A DNA stretch of 64,000 nucleotides, taken from assembly GCF_039925265.1 (NCBI RefSeq), contig NZ_JBDSZG010000024.1, positions 15,626 to 79,625 of the forward strand, written 5' to 3'. Within the stretch, counting starts at the first letter, position 1, and each line of letters starts with the position of its first letter. Made by a program: the position numbers and the translations under genes. Under the pieces are notes generated by a model. The model saw only the letters and a list, made by a program, of their open reading frames with translations, had not been told where the DNA came from and did not search any database. Origin of the DNA: Mucilaginibacter sp. (lineage in GTDB: Bacteria; Bacteroidota; Bacteroidia; Sphingobacteriales; Sphingobacteriaceae). Positions 20,436-31,231 of this stretch are shown here, one piece after another.

Positions 20436-21905
20436 ATGGCATCTCACAATGAATCAATAATCAGGGAACCGTTAATTACGGGCAAAGGTATCACCTATGC
20501 CCAGATCACTAACGACGTTTTAAACCCTGTAGAAAATAAACCTAACAAAGCCTGGTGGATAGGCTTTACCGTTGCTTCTTTAGGCTCGTTACTTTGGGTT
20601 GTATCTATCAGCTACACCTTTTGGTTCGGCTTAGGTGCCTGGGGCTTAAATAAAACAGTAGGATGGGCCTGGGATATCACCGGTTTCGTATGGTGGGTAG
20701 GTATTGGCCACGCCGGTACGCTTATCTCTGCGGTACTCTTAATATTCCGCCAAAACTGGCGAAACTCCATTAACCGCTCTGCAGAGGCGATGACCATCTT
20801 CGCGGTAATTTGCGCGGCCACTTATATTGTGGCGCACATGGGCCGCCCATGGTTAGCATACTTTACTTTACCACTGCCAAACCAGTACGTACTTTGGGTA
20901 AACTGGAACTCGGCTCTGATGATGGACGTGTTCGCGATCTCTACTTACTTCTCTGTATCATTATTATTCTGGTACACAGGTTTGTTGCCGGATATCGCTT
21001 CTATCCGCGACCGTGCTACAGGTTTACGCCGCCGTATCTACTCTATCCTTTCTTTCGGGTGGACAGGCTCGGTAAAAACCTGGCAGCGTTTTGAGACTGT
21101 ATCATTAATATTAGCGGGTATCTCTACACCACTGGTGCTTTCGGTACACACTATCGTATCCTTCGACTTTGCTACATCCCTTGAACCGGGATGGCACACA
21201 ACCATATTCCCGCCATACTTCGTTGCGGGTGCTATCTTCTCGGGTTTCGCCATGGTGCAAACACTATTGCTGGTTACCCGTAAGGTATTAGGTTTAGAAA
21301 ACTACATCACGATGTTCCACATCGAATCGATGAACAAGATCATTATGCTTACAGGTTCAATTGTAGGTGTGGCTTACATCACCGAGTTCTTTATCGCATG
21401 GTATTCTGGTGTAGAATATGAGCAATACGCTTTCATCAACCGTGCAACCGGTCCATACTGGTGGGCATACTGGAGCATGATGAGCTGTAACGTGATCTCT
21501 CCCCAGTTATTCTGGTCGAGCAAATTGCGCAGAAGCATCAAGTTCTCGTGGTTCTTATCTATCATCGTGAATATAGGTATGTGGTTCGAACGTTTCGTGA
21601 TCATCGTTACTTCCCTGCACCGCGATTATATTCCTTCGAGTTGGGTTATGTTTTACCCAACCTGGGTTGACGTAAGTGTGTTCATCGGCTCTATCGGTAT
21701 CTTCTTCACCATGTTCCTGTTATTTATCAGGGTGTTACCTTCGGTAGCTATGGCGGAAGTGAAGTTATTGTTGAAAACATCCAGTGAGCAATCTAAGAAG
21801 AAGGAAATAGAGGAAGGACACCTCGATCCTGTAGAAGTGCAGTATTACAAAGAGTCGTTAGTTAAATACGATAGTGTTGACATGTCTGATTACGAAAAAA
21901 TATAA
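20436..21905 (+). CDS. actC: Alternative complex III NrfD-like quinol-oxidising subunit
   Basis: FVWWVGIGHAGT, RSAEAMT, HMGRPW, HTIVSFDFA, GWHTTIFPPYF. Confidence 0.93.
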   Translation: MASHNESIIREPLITGKGITYAQITNDVLNPVENKPNKAWWIGFTVASLGSLLWVVSISYTFWFGLGAWGLNKTVGWAWDITGFVWWVGIGHAGTLISAVLLIFRQNWRNSINRSAEAMTIFAVICAATYIVAHMGRPWLAYFTLPLPNQYVLWVNWNSALMMDVFAISTYFSVSLLFWYTGLLPDIASIRDRATGLRRRIYSILSFGWTGSVKTWQRFETVSLILAGISTPLVLSVHTIVSFDFATSLEPGWHTTIFPPYFVAGAIFSGFAMVQTLLLVTRKVLGLENYITMFHIESMNKIIMLTGSIVGVAYITEFFIAWYSGVEYEQYAFINRATGPYWWAYWSMMSCNVISPQLFWSSKLRRSIKFSWFLSIIVNIGMWFERFVIIVTSLHRDYIPSSWVMFYPTWVDVSVFIGSIGIFFTMFLLFIRVLPSVAMAEVKLLLKTSSEQSKKKEIEEGHLDPVEVQYYKESLVKYDSVDMSDYEKI

Positions 21906-21907
21906 AA

Positions 21908-22444
21908 ATGAGTAGTACAAAATTTATATTAGGCTTATTTGACGATCCCGATGACATGATGCACGGGATAGAGAAGCTGCAAAAGAACAGTATCCCCATC
22001 TACGACGTTTACACCCCTATGCCTATCCACGGGATAGAGGATAAACTGGGCGTAAAAGAATCAAGGCTTGGTTACGCGGCATTTTGCTTCGGCTGCCTTG
22101 GTATGACAGTTATCTTCAGCATATTGTATTACACACTGGTGCACGATTGGCCAATGAACGTTGGTGGTAAACCAAACTTCGCTATTCCAAACTTTGTACC
22201 GTTCACCTTTGAGTGGACCATATTATTCACTGCGTTTGGTATGACGCTTACCTTTTTTGCCGCTACCCACCTTTTCCCGGGCCGCGCGCCAAGGGTAATG
22301 GACCTGCGTGCAACTGATGACCGTTTTGTTATCGCCATCAATGCTAAAGGCAACGTGCCACACGAGGATATCACTAATTTATTAAAAGAAGCAGGAGCTG
22401 TAGAAGTAAAGCATAACGACAGAAAATATGTTAGCTATGAATAA
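21908..22444 (+). CDS. actD: Alternative complex III subunit D (DUF3341)
   Basis: DVYTPMPIHG, DWPMNVGGKP, FEWTILF; position after actC. Confidence 0.9.
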   Translation: MSSTKFILGLFDDPDDMMHGIEKLQKNSIPIYDVYTPMPIHGIEDKLGVKESRLGYAAFCFGCLGMTVIFSILYYTLVHDWPMNVGGKPNFAIPNFVPFTFEWTILFTAFGMTLTFFAATHLFPGRAPRVMDLRATDDRFVIAINAKGNVPHEDITNLLKEAGAVEVKHNDRKYVSYE

Positions 22445-23012
22445 ATTTAAAATATTGGGCACAACGGCTATCGTTATCGCTGCATCGATCGTACTAACAT
22501 CATGCAAGGATAGACGCAGTACCGGCTGGGAATATGCTCCCAATATGTACGAACATACCGCATACGACCCCGACCAACCTAACAATCAGTTTAAGGATGG
22601 CAAAACCGCACAACTTCCGCCGGCAGGTACAATCCCTGTAGGTTTTAAGCGCTTTGATTACCCAAACACGCGTGAAGGTTACGACAAAGCGAGCCTGGAA
22701 GTTGCCAGCCTGATAGCGCAAACGCCAAAGCATTTGGCCGAAGGTAAAGTGTTGTTCACTACATTTTGCGCTCCTTGCCACGGTTTAACCGGCCAGGGCG
22801 ATGGTTTAGTTGTGGCGCATGGTTATCCTGCTCCGCCATCTTATTCCAAAGGGCAATCATCACGCGGTGGTGCGATGAAAGACCTTACAGACGGTAAAAT
22901 TTATCATACTATAACTTATGGAGTAAACTCTATGGGTTCATATGCATCCCAGGTAGCACCTGAAGATCGTTGGAAAATAGTTATGTATGTTCACCAATTA
23001 CAAAAATTATAA
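22437..23012 (+). CDS. actE: Alternative complex III monoheme cytochrome c lipoprotein
   Basis: Lipobox VLTSC, PNMY, CAPCH, MGSY; ATG overlaps the actD stop. Confidence 0.9.
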   Translation: MNKFKILGTTAIVIAASIVLTSCKDRRSTGWEYAPNMYEHTAYDPDQPNNQFKDGKTAQLPPAGTIPVGFKRFDYPNTREGYDKASLEVASLIAQTPKHLAEGKVLFTTFCAPCHGLTGQGDGLVVAHGYPAPPSYSKGQSSRGGAMKDLTDGKIYHTITYGVNSMGSYASQVAPEDRWKIVMYVHQLQKL

Positions 23013-23022
23013 GCTTAGGTTA

Positions 23023-24285
23023 ATGAAGACTCATAATAGTTTAGACGAAAAATTTGAATTTGCAGGCAATGCCAAAACGTGGAGTTTGGTTGCTATTGTA
23101 ATTGGTGTTGTGGCAATAGTAGTTGGCCTGATGATGGGCGGCGTACATGTACAACGTACATTTACCAATTTGCTGCTGATGTCATACTACTTTGTATGTG
23201 TTTGCACGGCGGGCGTATTCTTTTGCGCATACCAGTATGCAGCACAGGCAGGCTGGTCGGCATCGCTGATCCGTATACCACAGGCATTTGCTAAAGTATT
23301 GCCGTTTGCAAGCTTAATTTTAATTTTAGTGGTAACCGCCGGTTTGTTCACCACTCACGAAATTGAAATAGAAGGCCATAAAGAAACTGTTCCTTATTTA
23401 TATGCATCATGGGCAACCCACGGTTTAACCGTAGTAGGGTCGGAAAATTATAACGCGGTTATCGCAGGGAAGTCGGCGTTTCTAAACGTAGGTTTCTTTT
23501 ACGGTATGCTAATCGTACTACTGGGCGCTTACAGCTACTTAGGTTTGGCCCTGGCCAAAGCCTCAGAGAACGAAGATAGCGTTGGCGGCATGAGCAACTA
23601 CGATAAAAGCTTCAAACTGTCTTGTATATTCCTGGTGATCTTTGGTTTTACTTTCCCAATATTTGCTTTCGGTACCATCATGTCCTTAGAAGCGCACTGG
23701 TTCTCTACCATGTTTGGTTGGTACAATTTAGCAGCCATGCACGTAAGCGGGCTGGCTATTATTGCCCTTGTGATCATCTTACTGAGAAAGAAAGGTAATT
23801 TTTTATGGCTATCAGAAAACCATTTACACAGCTTGGGTAAATTAATGTTCGGGTTCTCAATCTTCTGGACCTACGTATGGTTTGCACAGTTCTTCCTTAC
23901 CTGGTACGCCAACATCCCCGAGGAGTCGGTCTACTTTTTCAGGCGCTGGGAGCCGGAATTTAAATGGTTATTCTGGTTGAACATCGTAGTGAACTTTTTA
24001 GCACCATTGTTATTGCTGATGTCTCGCGATGCAAAACGTTTAACTACCCGTATGATGTGGACTTGTATAATACTTATAGTTGGCCACTGGCTCGATTATT
24101 ATTTGATGACAATGCCCGGCACTATCCCTACAGAACATAGCGGTTTTGGTGTTGAGGAGATAGGTATATTTTTAGGTTTTGCAGGTTTGTTTACTTTCCT
24201 GATGCTTACTGCATTGAGCAAGTTCAAATCACTGGTGCCCAAAAAACACCCTTTCCTGCAAGAGAGCCTGCATCATCACATATAA
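23023..24285 (+). CDS. actF: Alternative complex III membrane subunit F
   Basis: About 10 TM segments, MSLEAHWFSTMFGW, QFFLTWYANIPEE; position after actE. Confidence 0.88.
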   Translation: MKTHNSLDEKFEFAGNAKTWSLVAIVIGVVAIVVGLMMGGVHVQRTFTNLLLMSYYFVCVCTAGVFFCAYQYAAQAGWSASLIRIPQAFAKVLPFASLILILVVTAGLFTTHEIEIEGHKETVPYLYASWATHGLTVVGSENYNAVIAGKSAFLNVGFFYGMLIVLLGAYSYLGLALAKASENEDSVGGMSNYDKSFKLSCIFLVIFGFTFPIFAFGTIMSLEAHWFSTMFGWYNLAAMHVSGLAIIALVIILLRKKGNFLWLSENHLHSLGKLMFGFSIFWTYVWFAQFFLTWYANIPEESVYFFRRWEPEFKWLFWLNIVVNFLAPLLLLMSRDAKRLTTRMMWTCIILIVGHWLDYYLMTMPGTIPTEHSGFGVEEIGIFLGFAGLFTFLMLTALSKFKSLVPKKHPFLQESLHHHI

Positions 24286-24333
24286 TAATTATTAAATTTG
24301 CAACAGAATACAGCATTCAAAACCACCAATAAA

Positions 24334-25530
24334 ATGGGATTTAAAAGTTTAATTAGTTCTAAAAAAATGCTTTCGGTTTTAGCTGCATTCCTGCTGTTAG
24401 GCACCAACATGCTTATGGCCCAGGATGCAACGAAGGACGCGGCGGCGACAGCCTCAAATAGCGATGCTACACCCAGTGTTTGGCTTGCCCCAAGTTACTA
24501 TATATTGCTATTTGTTATTGTATGCTTTGTTGTAGGCATCGTTGGCAAAATACTGCGTGTGTATGACCTTACCCAGCAGATCCAAAACAAAAAGCCTATT
24601 AACTGGCACAACGTAATGGGTATTTGCTGTATCATATTCCTGGTGGCAGGTATGTATGGCGCTTATTGGGAGTTTGCCGTACAGGGCGCTATGATATTGC
24701 CTGAGTCTGCTTCGGCACACGGCGTGAAAATAGATGAGATGTTTTGGACAACCACCGTGTTAACCGTCATCGTATTTGTAATTACCCAGATATTACTTTT
24801 TGGTTTCCTTTTCCGTTACCGTTACAATGCAAACCGCCGCGGACACTTTTTACCGCACAACAATACCATCGAGAAAGTTTGGACCATTGCACCGGCTATC
24901 GTTTTAACCATCCTGGTTATCTTCGGTTTCTTTACCTGGCAGCAAATTACCAATTCGCTTGATGCTAAAGGCGAGCAGGCTTCTATTAACGTAGACATCA
25001 CCGGTCATCAGTTTGCCTGGGAGTTACGTTACCCAGGCGCCGATGGAACCCTGGGCGCAACCGATTATAAACTGGTAAGCGGTACAAACAAAATAGGCGT
25101 TGATTTTAAGAAAAAAGAAAGCTATGACGATTTGCAGGCTGATACTATGTATCTGCCGGTTCGTAAATCAATCAGGTTAAATATCCACGCGCAGGATGTT
25201 ATCCATAGCGTTTACATGCCACATTTCCGTGTTCAGCTTAACGCGGTACCGGGCTTGCCAACCTACTTTAAATTTACGCCAACCATTACCACTGCAGAGA
25301 TGCGCCGCAAAGTGGGCGATCCTAAATTTGAGTACCTTGTTTATTGCAATAAAATATGCGGGGCAGCACATTACAATATGCAAAAAGTTGTACGTGTGGT
25401 TGAAGAATCAGAATACCAGGCATGGTTAGCACAGCAAAAGCCTTACCTGACAGACCAGATCAAGAAAGATCTGAAATTTGCCGATGCAAAACCGGCTGCA
25501 ACACAAAACAGGTTAGCGTTAAACAATTAA
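24334..25530 (+). CDS. ctaC: Cytochrome c oxidase subunit II
   Basis: GHQFAW, DVIHS and CuA motif CNKICGAAHYNM. Confidence 0.93.
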   Translation: MGFKSLISSKKMLSVLAAFLLLGTNMLMAQDATKDAAATASNSDATPSVWLAPSYYILLFVIVCFVVGIVGKILRVYDLTQQIQNKKPINWHNVMGICCIIFLVAGMYGAYWEFAVQGAMILPESASAHGVKIDEMFWTTTVLTVIVFVITQILLFGFLFRYRYNANRRGHFLPHNNTIEKVWTIAPAIVLTILVIFGFFTWQQITNSLDAKGEQASINVDITGHQFAWELRYPGADGTLGATDYKLVSGTNKIGVDFKKKESYDDLQADTMYLPVRKSIRLNIHAQDVIHSVYMPHFRVQLNAVPGLPTYFKFTPTITTAEMRRKVGDPKFEYLVYCNKICGAAHYNMQKVVRVVEESEYQAWLAQQKPYLTDQIKKDLKFADAKPAATQNRLALNN

Positions 25531-25549
25531 TTCAAAAAGATTAGCGAGT

Positions 25550-27439
25550 ATGTCAACATTATCAGTTCAAGATCACGGAGTAGTTCATCACGAAGACGAT
25601 CACGGACACCATCATCATAAAGAAACGTTCCTGAGTAAATACATTTTTAGCCAGGATCATAAAATGATCGCGAAGCAATTCCTGGTTACAGGTATTACTA
25701 TGGCGGTTATCGCGATGATATTATCTATATTATTTCGTATCCAGTTAGCTTACCCTGATAAAGCTTTCCCTTTAATGGAAACCTTATTAGGCCGTTTTGC
25801 ACCTGGTGGCCGTTTAAATGCCGATTTTTACCTGGCGCTGGTTACCATACACGGTACCATCATGGTATTCTTTGTACTTACAGCCGGTTTGAGCGGTACC
25901 TTTAGTAACCTGCTTATACCATTGCAATTAGGAGCACGTGATATGGCATCGCCATTCATGAACATGCTGTCGTACTGGTTCTTCTTTACCGCCAGTGTGG
26001 TAATGCTTTCTTCATTCCTGGTACAAAAAGGCCCTGCAAGCGGTGGTTGGACCATATATCCACCATTATCTGCCTTGCCAAAAGCAATGCCGGGCTCTGG
26101 TATGGGTATGACGTTGTGGCTAATCAGTATGGTGCTGTTTATCGCGTCATCATTAATGGGTGCCATCAACTACGTAAGTACAGTACTAAACATGCGTACC
26201 AAAGGGATGGATCTTTGGAAAATGCCTTTAACTATCTGGGCGTTCTTCCTTACCGCTATCCTGGGTATCCTGGCGTTCCCTGTATTGGTTGCCGGTGTGG
26301 TATTATTAATATTCGACCGTAGTTTCGGCACGAGTTTTTACCTATCAGAGATCGTACTGGGCGGTAGCGCGCAGCCGTTTGAAGGCGGTAGCCCTATATT
26401 GTTCCAGCACTTGTTCTGGTTCCTGGGTCACCCGGAGGTGTACATCGTAATTATGCCTGCAATGGGCATATCATCAGAAGTAATGTCTGTAAACTCTCGT
26501 AAACCGATCTTTGGTTACCACGCCATGGTTTACTCGCTAATAGGTATCACCGTCCTTTCGTTTATCGTATGGGGTCACCACATGTTTGTAACGGGTATGA
26601 ATCCGTTCCTGGGTGGTGTGTTCATGATCACTACGCTGATCATCGCGGTACCATCTGCAGTGAAAACGTTTAACTGGCTGGCCACTTTATGGCGAGGCAA
26701 CATCCGCTTTACATCAGCCATGCTGTTTGCAATCGGGATGGTTTCTTTCTTCATCTCTGGTGGTTTAACCGGTATCTTCTTAGGTAATGCCGCGTTGGAT
26801 ATCAATTTGCACGATACTTACTTTGTGGTTGCCCACTTCCACCTGGTAATGGGTTCGGCTGCAATATTTGGTATGTTGGCCGGGGTATACCACTGGTTCC
26901 CTAAAATGTATGGCCGCATGATGAACGAGAAATTAGGCTACCTGCACTTTTGGTTAACTTTTATAGGAGCATACCTTGTGTTTTTCCCGATGCACTTTAT
27001 GGGGCTTGATGGCGTACCCCGCCGTTACTATGCCTTCACCGAGTTTGAATCGATGAAACGCTGGTTATCTGTAAATACATTTATTACATGGGCGGCTATT
27101 ATGGCGGCTTGTGCGCAGGTTGCTTTCCTGGTTAACTTTATATATTCCATGTTCTGGGGTAAGAAAACTGTACAAAACCCATGGGAAGCAAATACATTGG
27201 AGTGGACAGCACCTGTCGAGCATTTCCACGGCAACTGGCATGGTGAGATACCAACTGTTTACCGTTGGCCGTATGATTACAGCAAGCCTGGCGCCGAAGA
27301 GGACTTTATACCACAAACCGTTCCGCTTTCGCAAACCATGAGTTCTAACCTGCCGCATGATTTTGAAGACAATCCAGCAGGGTTAGAAGCGCATGCTAAA
27401 TGGGCCAGCACTCAAAAAAGCAACGAAGAAGTAAAATAA
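25550..27439 (+). CDS. ctaD: Cytochrome c oxidase subunit I (A1 type)
   Basis: HGTIM, WFLGHPEVY, VWGHHMF, HDTYFVVAHFH, PRRY. Confidence 0.97.
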   Translation: MSTLSVQDHGVVHHEDDHGHHHHKETFLSKYIFSQDHKMIAKQFLVTGITMAVIAMILSILFRIQLAYPDKAFPLMETLLGRFAPGGRLNADFYLALVTIHGTIMVFFVLTAGLSGTFSNLLIPLQLGARDMASPFMNMLSYWFFFTASVVMLSSFLVQKGPASGGWTIYPPLSALPKAMPGSGMGMTLWLISMVLFIASSLMGAINYVSTVLNMRTKGMDLWKMPLTIWAFFLTAILGILAFPVLVAGVVLLIFDRSFGTSFYLSEIVLGGSAQPFEGGSPILFQHLFWFLGHPEVYIVIMPAMGISSEVMSVNSRKPIFGYHAMVYSLIGITVLSFIVWGHHMFVTGMNPFLGGVFMITTLIIAVPSAVKTFNWLATLWRGNIRFTSAMLFAIGMVSFFISGGLTGIFLGNAALDINLHDTYFVVAHFHLVMGSAAIFGMLAGVYHWFPKMYGRMMNEKLGYLHFWLTFIGAYLVFFPMHFMGLDGVPRRYYAFTEFESMKRWLSVNTFITWAAIMAACAQVAFLVNFIYSMFWGKKTVQNPWEANTLEWTAPVEHFHGNWHGEIPTVYRWPYDYSKPGAEEDFIPQTVPLSQTMSSNLPHDFEDNPAGLEAHAKWASTQKSNEEVK

Positions 27440-27479
27440 TTTAATACTGATCTGATCTTTTAGGGTAGTTGAATTTCAA

Positions 27480-27538
27480 ATTTGAAGATTTGAAAATGGG
27501 TGAATTTGAAAATGAAAATAATTTTCAAATCTTCAAAT
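27480..27538. repeat. Inverted repeat with periodic TTTGAA-type arms
   Basis: ATTTGAAGATTTGAAAAT (27480-27497) and its exact reverse complement (27521-27538); extra degenerate units flank both. Confidence 0.8.
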
Positions 27539-27594
27539 CAGAGAATCTTCAAATTAATAAATTCAGGTACCCTAATTTGTTAGAAATATTTTGA

Positions 27595-28656
27595 ATGAGC
27601 AGTAACGTACCGGGGAACAGATTTTTAAAAATAAACTTACTTACTATTATCCTGCTGTTTGTATTGATACTGGCAGGAGGGGTTGTGCGAAGCACAGGCT
27701 CTGGTATGGGTTGCCCGGACTGGCCAAAATGCTTTGGGCAGTACGTACCGCCAACGAGTATATTAGAATTGCCTGCAAATTATAAACAGGTTTATGCCGA
27801 TAAGCGCCTGGCCAAAAACCAGAAGTTTGCAAAAATGCTGGATGTTTTTGGTTACAGCCAGATGGCTATGCGCATCCGTAACGACAGATCGATACTGGTG
27901 CCCGAAGAGTTTAATAGCGCACGCACCTGGACGGAGTATATCAACCGCTTGATAGGCGCTATTACCGGTGTGTTTTTGTTTCTAACAGCTATCTACTCTT
28001 TCAAATACTGGAAGAGCAGTAAATTGATAGTTATCCTGAGTGTATTAAACCTGATACTGGTTGGTTTCCAGGGATGGTTGGGCTCTATAGTAGTGTCAAC
28101 CCACTTAGTAGCCTGGATAGTTACCGTGCACATGTTACTGGCTTTGGCCATACTTGCTATAAGCATAGCTACGTACCACATGGCTAAAGTTAACGGGCGA
28201 TATAAACTTACAACAAAGCCGTTTATCGCCATACTGACGCTATTGGTATTGGCTTTAAGCGTATTGCAGATAACCTTTGGCACCGAGGTACGTGAGAAGA
28301 TAGACGCGGTTGCCAGCCATTTGGAGGGCAGTTACCGCGATAGCTGGACAACCCGCGCAGGCGAAATATTCTCGCAGCACCGGGATATGGCCGTGGTAGT
28401 GTTAATACTTAACATCGTTTTATATGCATTGATCCGCCGCACGTTTAGCAGGCATTCTATGCAGCAGCAGTTGATGAGCTTTACCTTTTTGATGCTGATG
28501 CTGCAGATTGTAACGGGTATAGTATTATCATATTGGGCGTTACCACCTTACGCGCAGGCGGCACATATTGTATTGGCGAGTTTAGTTTTTGGTGCTCAAT
28601 TTTATTTACTGCTGAATTTATACAGTTCGGCTAATTTACAGGGAGCGAACAGATGA
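27595..28656 (+). CDS. ctaA: Heme A synthase (COX15/CtaA)
   Basis: GSGMGCPDWPKC, EYINRLIG, VHMLLA, QAAHIVLA. Confidence 0.92.
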   Translation: MSSNVPGNRFLKINLLTIILLFVLILAGGVVRSTGSGMGCPDWPKCFGQYVPPTSILELPANYKQVYADKRLAKNQKFAKMLDVFGYSQMAMRIRNDRSILVPEEFNSARTWTEYINRLIGAITGVFLFLTAIYSFKYWKSSKLIVILSVLNLILVGFQGWLGSIVVSTHLVAWIVTVHMLLALAILAISIATYHMAKVNGRYKLTTKPFIAILTLLVLALSVLQITFGTEVREKIDAVASHLEGSYRDSWTTRAGEIFSQHRDMAVVVLILNIVLYALIRRTFSRHSMQQQLMSFTFLMLMLQIVTGIVLSYWALPPYAQAAHIVLASLVFGAQFYLLLNLYSSANLQGANR

Positions 28657-29552
28657 AGTGGGCCGATTTTAGTAAACTGATAAAACTGAGGCTTACCTTT
28701 TTGGTAACGTTTTCGGCATCCATATCGTTCATCATCGCGGTAAAAGCAAATGGAGGCGATACATGGGGTTCGCTTTACAGCAGCACCATGTGGCTCAATT
28801 GGGTAAAGTTGGTTATAGGTGGTTTCCTGGTTACTTCGGCGGCAAATAGCTTTAACGAGGTTATTGAAGTGGAGACCGATAAATTAATGAAACGTACTAT
28901 GGACAGGCCAATGCCTGCCGGGCGTATGACCACCGGTCAGGGCCTGGTATTAGGCTTAGGTATGGGTATGTTGGGTACTTATCTTTTAGGTAGTTTAAAT
29001 ATCCTTACTGGCTTGCTGTCTGTTTTTTCTATCCTGTTATATGCGTTTGTGTACACGCCGCTAAAGCGCAGATCGGGAGTAACAGCGGTTGTTGTAGGCG
29101 CTATACCAGGTGCATTGCCTGCCTTAATTGGATACGTGGCCGGGCAGCCCCATGGCCGTATAGACGAGATCGCGCTGATACTGTTCAGCATTCAGTTCAT
29201 TTGGCAGTTTGTGCATTTTTGGGCCATTGCCTGGGTGCTGGATGATGATTATAAGCTGGCAGGGTTCCGCTTATTGCCTACAGGTAAAAGAGATAAGGCC
29301 AGCGCCGTAATAACCTTTATATTTGCCATTATAATGGTGCCGGTGAGTTTACTGCCAACTATTTATGGTTACGGCGGTTATTATGTAGGCGGCGTATCAT
29401 TAGCAATGAGCCTGCTATTTTTATACCAGGCATTTAACCTTTTACGTACGCTGGAAGTTACCGCGGCCCGTAAGTTAATGTTTGGCTCTTTTTATTATTT
29501 GCCGGTAGTGCAATTAATGTTTTTGTTTGATTTTATAGGAAAAGTGAAATGA
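28653..29552 (+). CDS. cyoE: Protoheme IX farnesyltransferase (heme O synthase)
   Basis: KLRL, DKLMKRTMDRPMPAG, YTPLKR, WQFVHFWAIAW. Confidence 0.95.
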   Translation: MKWADFSKLIKLRLTFLVTFSASISFIIAVKANGGDTWGSLYSSTMWLNWVKLVIGGFLVTSAANSFNEVIEVETDKLMKRTMDRPMPAGRMTTGQGLVLGLGMGMLGTYLLGSLNILTGLLSVFSILLYAFVYTPLKRRSGVTAVVVGAIPGALPALIGYVAGQPHGRIDEIALILFSIQFIWQFVHFWAIAWVLDDDYKLAGFRLLPTGKRDKASAVITFIFAIIMVPVSLLPTIYGYGGYYVGGVSLAMSLLFLYQAFNLLRTLEVTAARKLMFGSFYYLPVVQLMFLFDFIGKVK

Positions 29553-30130
29553 TGGCTAATATAGAACAGGAAGATAAACACCAGTTTGCGCCGAAGAAAT
29601 TCAACATGTGGGTATTCGTATTCACCTCGTTCATGTTCTTTGCCGCGCTTACAAGCGGTTTTATCGTATACAGCGGTGGCCACGGTACGGGCATCGATAT
29701 TAAATTACCCGCGATTTTTACATATAGTACTATTATCATAGTGGCAAGCAGTATTACCATGTACCTGGCATCCAAAGCCGCGCGCGAACTTCAATTTGGA
29801 AAACAACGACTTTTTTTAACCCTAACCATATTGTTGGGCGTAGCATTTTTTGCTATACAATCCTACGCGTGGTTAGTATTGCTGCCCGGCATGGGCATTT
29901 ATTTCAGCAACCCAAATGCATCGCAATCTTTTGTGTATGTATTTATATGGATGCATTTATTACACATTTTAGCCGGTGTTTTGCTCTTAGCTAATACGCT
30001 TTGGGGTACTTACAGGAACAAGCAGCAGGTTAAAAATTTATTCGGAATGCAGATGTCCTCTATTTTTTGGCATTTTGTCGATATTATATGGATTTATCTG
30101 TATGTTTTTTTACTTTTGAACCAATATTAA
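29549..30130 (+). CDS. Cytochrome c oxidase subunit III-like protein
   Basis: MFFAAL, MHLLHI, WHFVDIIW. Confidence 0.85.
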   Translation: MMANIEQEDKHQFAPKKFNMWVFVFTSFMFFAALTSGFIVYSGGHGTGIDIKLPAIFTYSTIIIVASSITMYLASKAARELQFGKQRLFLTLTILLGVAFFAIQSYAWLVLLPGMGIYFSNPNASQSFVYVFIWMHLLHILAGVLLLANTLWGTYRNKQQVKNLFGMQMSSIFWHFVDIIWIYLYVFLLLNQY

Positions 30131-30137
30131 CAAACAC

Positions 30138-30860
30138 ATGAGTGCACAAGTATCACCTATTGATGAAGTAAAATCCACACCATGGTCTGGCGGTAAATCA
30201 CCGTTTGATGTGGAGTACGGTAAAATGATGATGTGGTTTTTCCTCCTGTCGGATGCGTTTACCTTTTCTTCGTTATTAATTTCTTACGGCGCATTGCGCT
30301 TCAGCGCTGCCAGCTGGCCGGCTCCCGATCTGGTATTCCAATCTATACCATTAACAAGTGTAGAACATGGCGCACCGCTTGTATTTGTGGGTTTGATGAC
30401 CTTTATCCTTATCCTTAGTTCGGTAACCATGGTATTGGCTGTTGAGGCCGGTCACCGTATGGCAAAAAAGGAAGTGCTTTGGTGGATGGTAGCAACCATT
30501 ATAGGTGGTTTTACCTTTTTAGGTTGCCAGGCATTAGAGTGGACACACTTACACCACGAAGGTTTTTGGTGGGGAAGCATCCCTAACGCCGAAGAGCTTA
30601 AGCACCTGTTTAAAGGCGGCAAAGAAGTTACTTATGGTACTTACGCGCAGCAATTTGCAAACTTGTTTTTCACCATAACAGGTTTCCATGGTTTCCACGT
30701 ATTTAGCGGGGTTGTTATCAATATCATCATCACTATAAACGTGCTGGTTGGTACCTACGCAAAACGCGGCAGCTATTTAATGGTCGAAAAAGTAGGTCTT
30801 TACTGGCACTTTGTAGATCTTGTATGGGTATTCGTATTTACCTTCTTCTATTTAGTATAA
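30138..30860 (+). CDS. ctaE: Cytochrome c oxidase subunit III
   Basis: WFFLLSD, FFTITGFHGFHV, YWHFVDLVWVF. Confidence 0.9.
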   Translation: MSAQVSPIDEVKSTPWSGGKSPFDVEYGKMMMWFFLLSDAFTFSSLLISYGALRFSAASWPAPDLVFQSIPLTSVEHGAPLVFVGLMTFILILSSVTMVLAVEAGHRMAKKEVLWWMVATIIGGFTFLGCQALEWTHLHHEGFWWGSIPNAEELKHLFKGGKEVTYGTYAQQFANLFFTITGFHGFHVFSGVVINIIITINVLVGTYAKRGSYLMVEKVGLYWHFVDLVWVFVFTFFYLV

Positions 30861-30880
30861 AAATTTAACTGATCAAATAT

Positions 30881-31231
30881 ATGTCATCAGAACCAACAGG
30901 TGCTCACGCAGAGCACGGCGAGCACGAAGGAATGACCAAAAAGAAGATCTTCCAGATCTTTGGAGTGTTATTGGGAATTACCGTTATCGAATTTATCATT
31001 GCCCTTTGGTTAGTGCCGGCAGGCAGATTGCCGATTCACTGGGCTAACCCGATATACATCGTTTTAACATTGCTTAAAGCCTTTTATATTGTTGCATACT
31101 TTATGCACCTAAAGTTTGAAAAAATTGGCTTAGCATTGGCCATCATTGTGCCTATCCTGTTTATTATAGGGCTTATACTGGTACTTACAAACGAAAGCCA
31201 CTACTGGGTAGACCTGCGCCCTAAGTTGTAA
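30881..31231 (+). CDS. Cytochrome c oxidase subunit IV family protein
   Basis: Three TM segments with YFMHLKFE. Confidence 0.88.
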   Translation: MSSEPTGAHAEHGEHEGMTKKKIFQIFGVLLGITVIEFIIALWLVPAGRLPIHWANPIYIVLTLLKAFYIVAYFMHLKFEKIGLALAIIVPILFIIGLILVLTNESHYWVDLRPKL

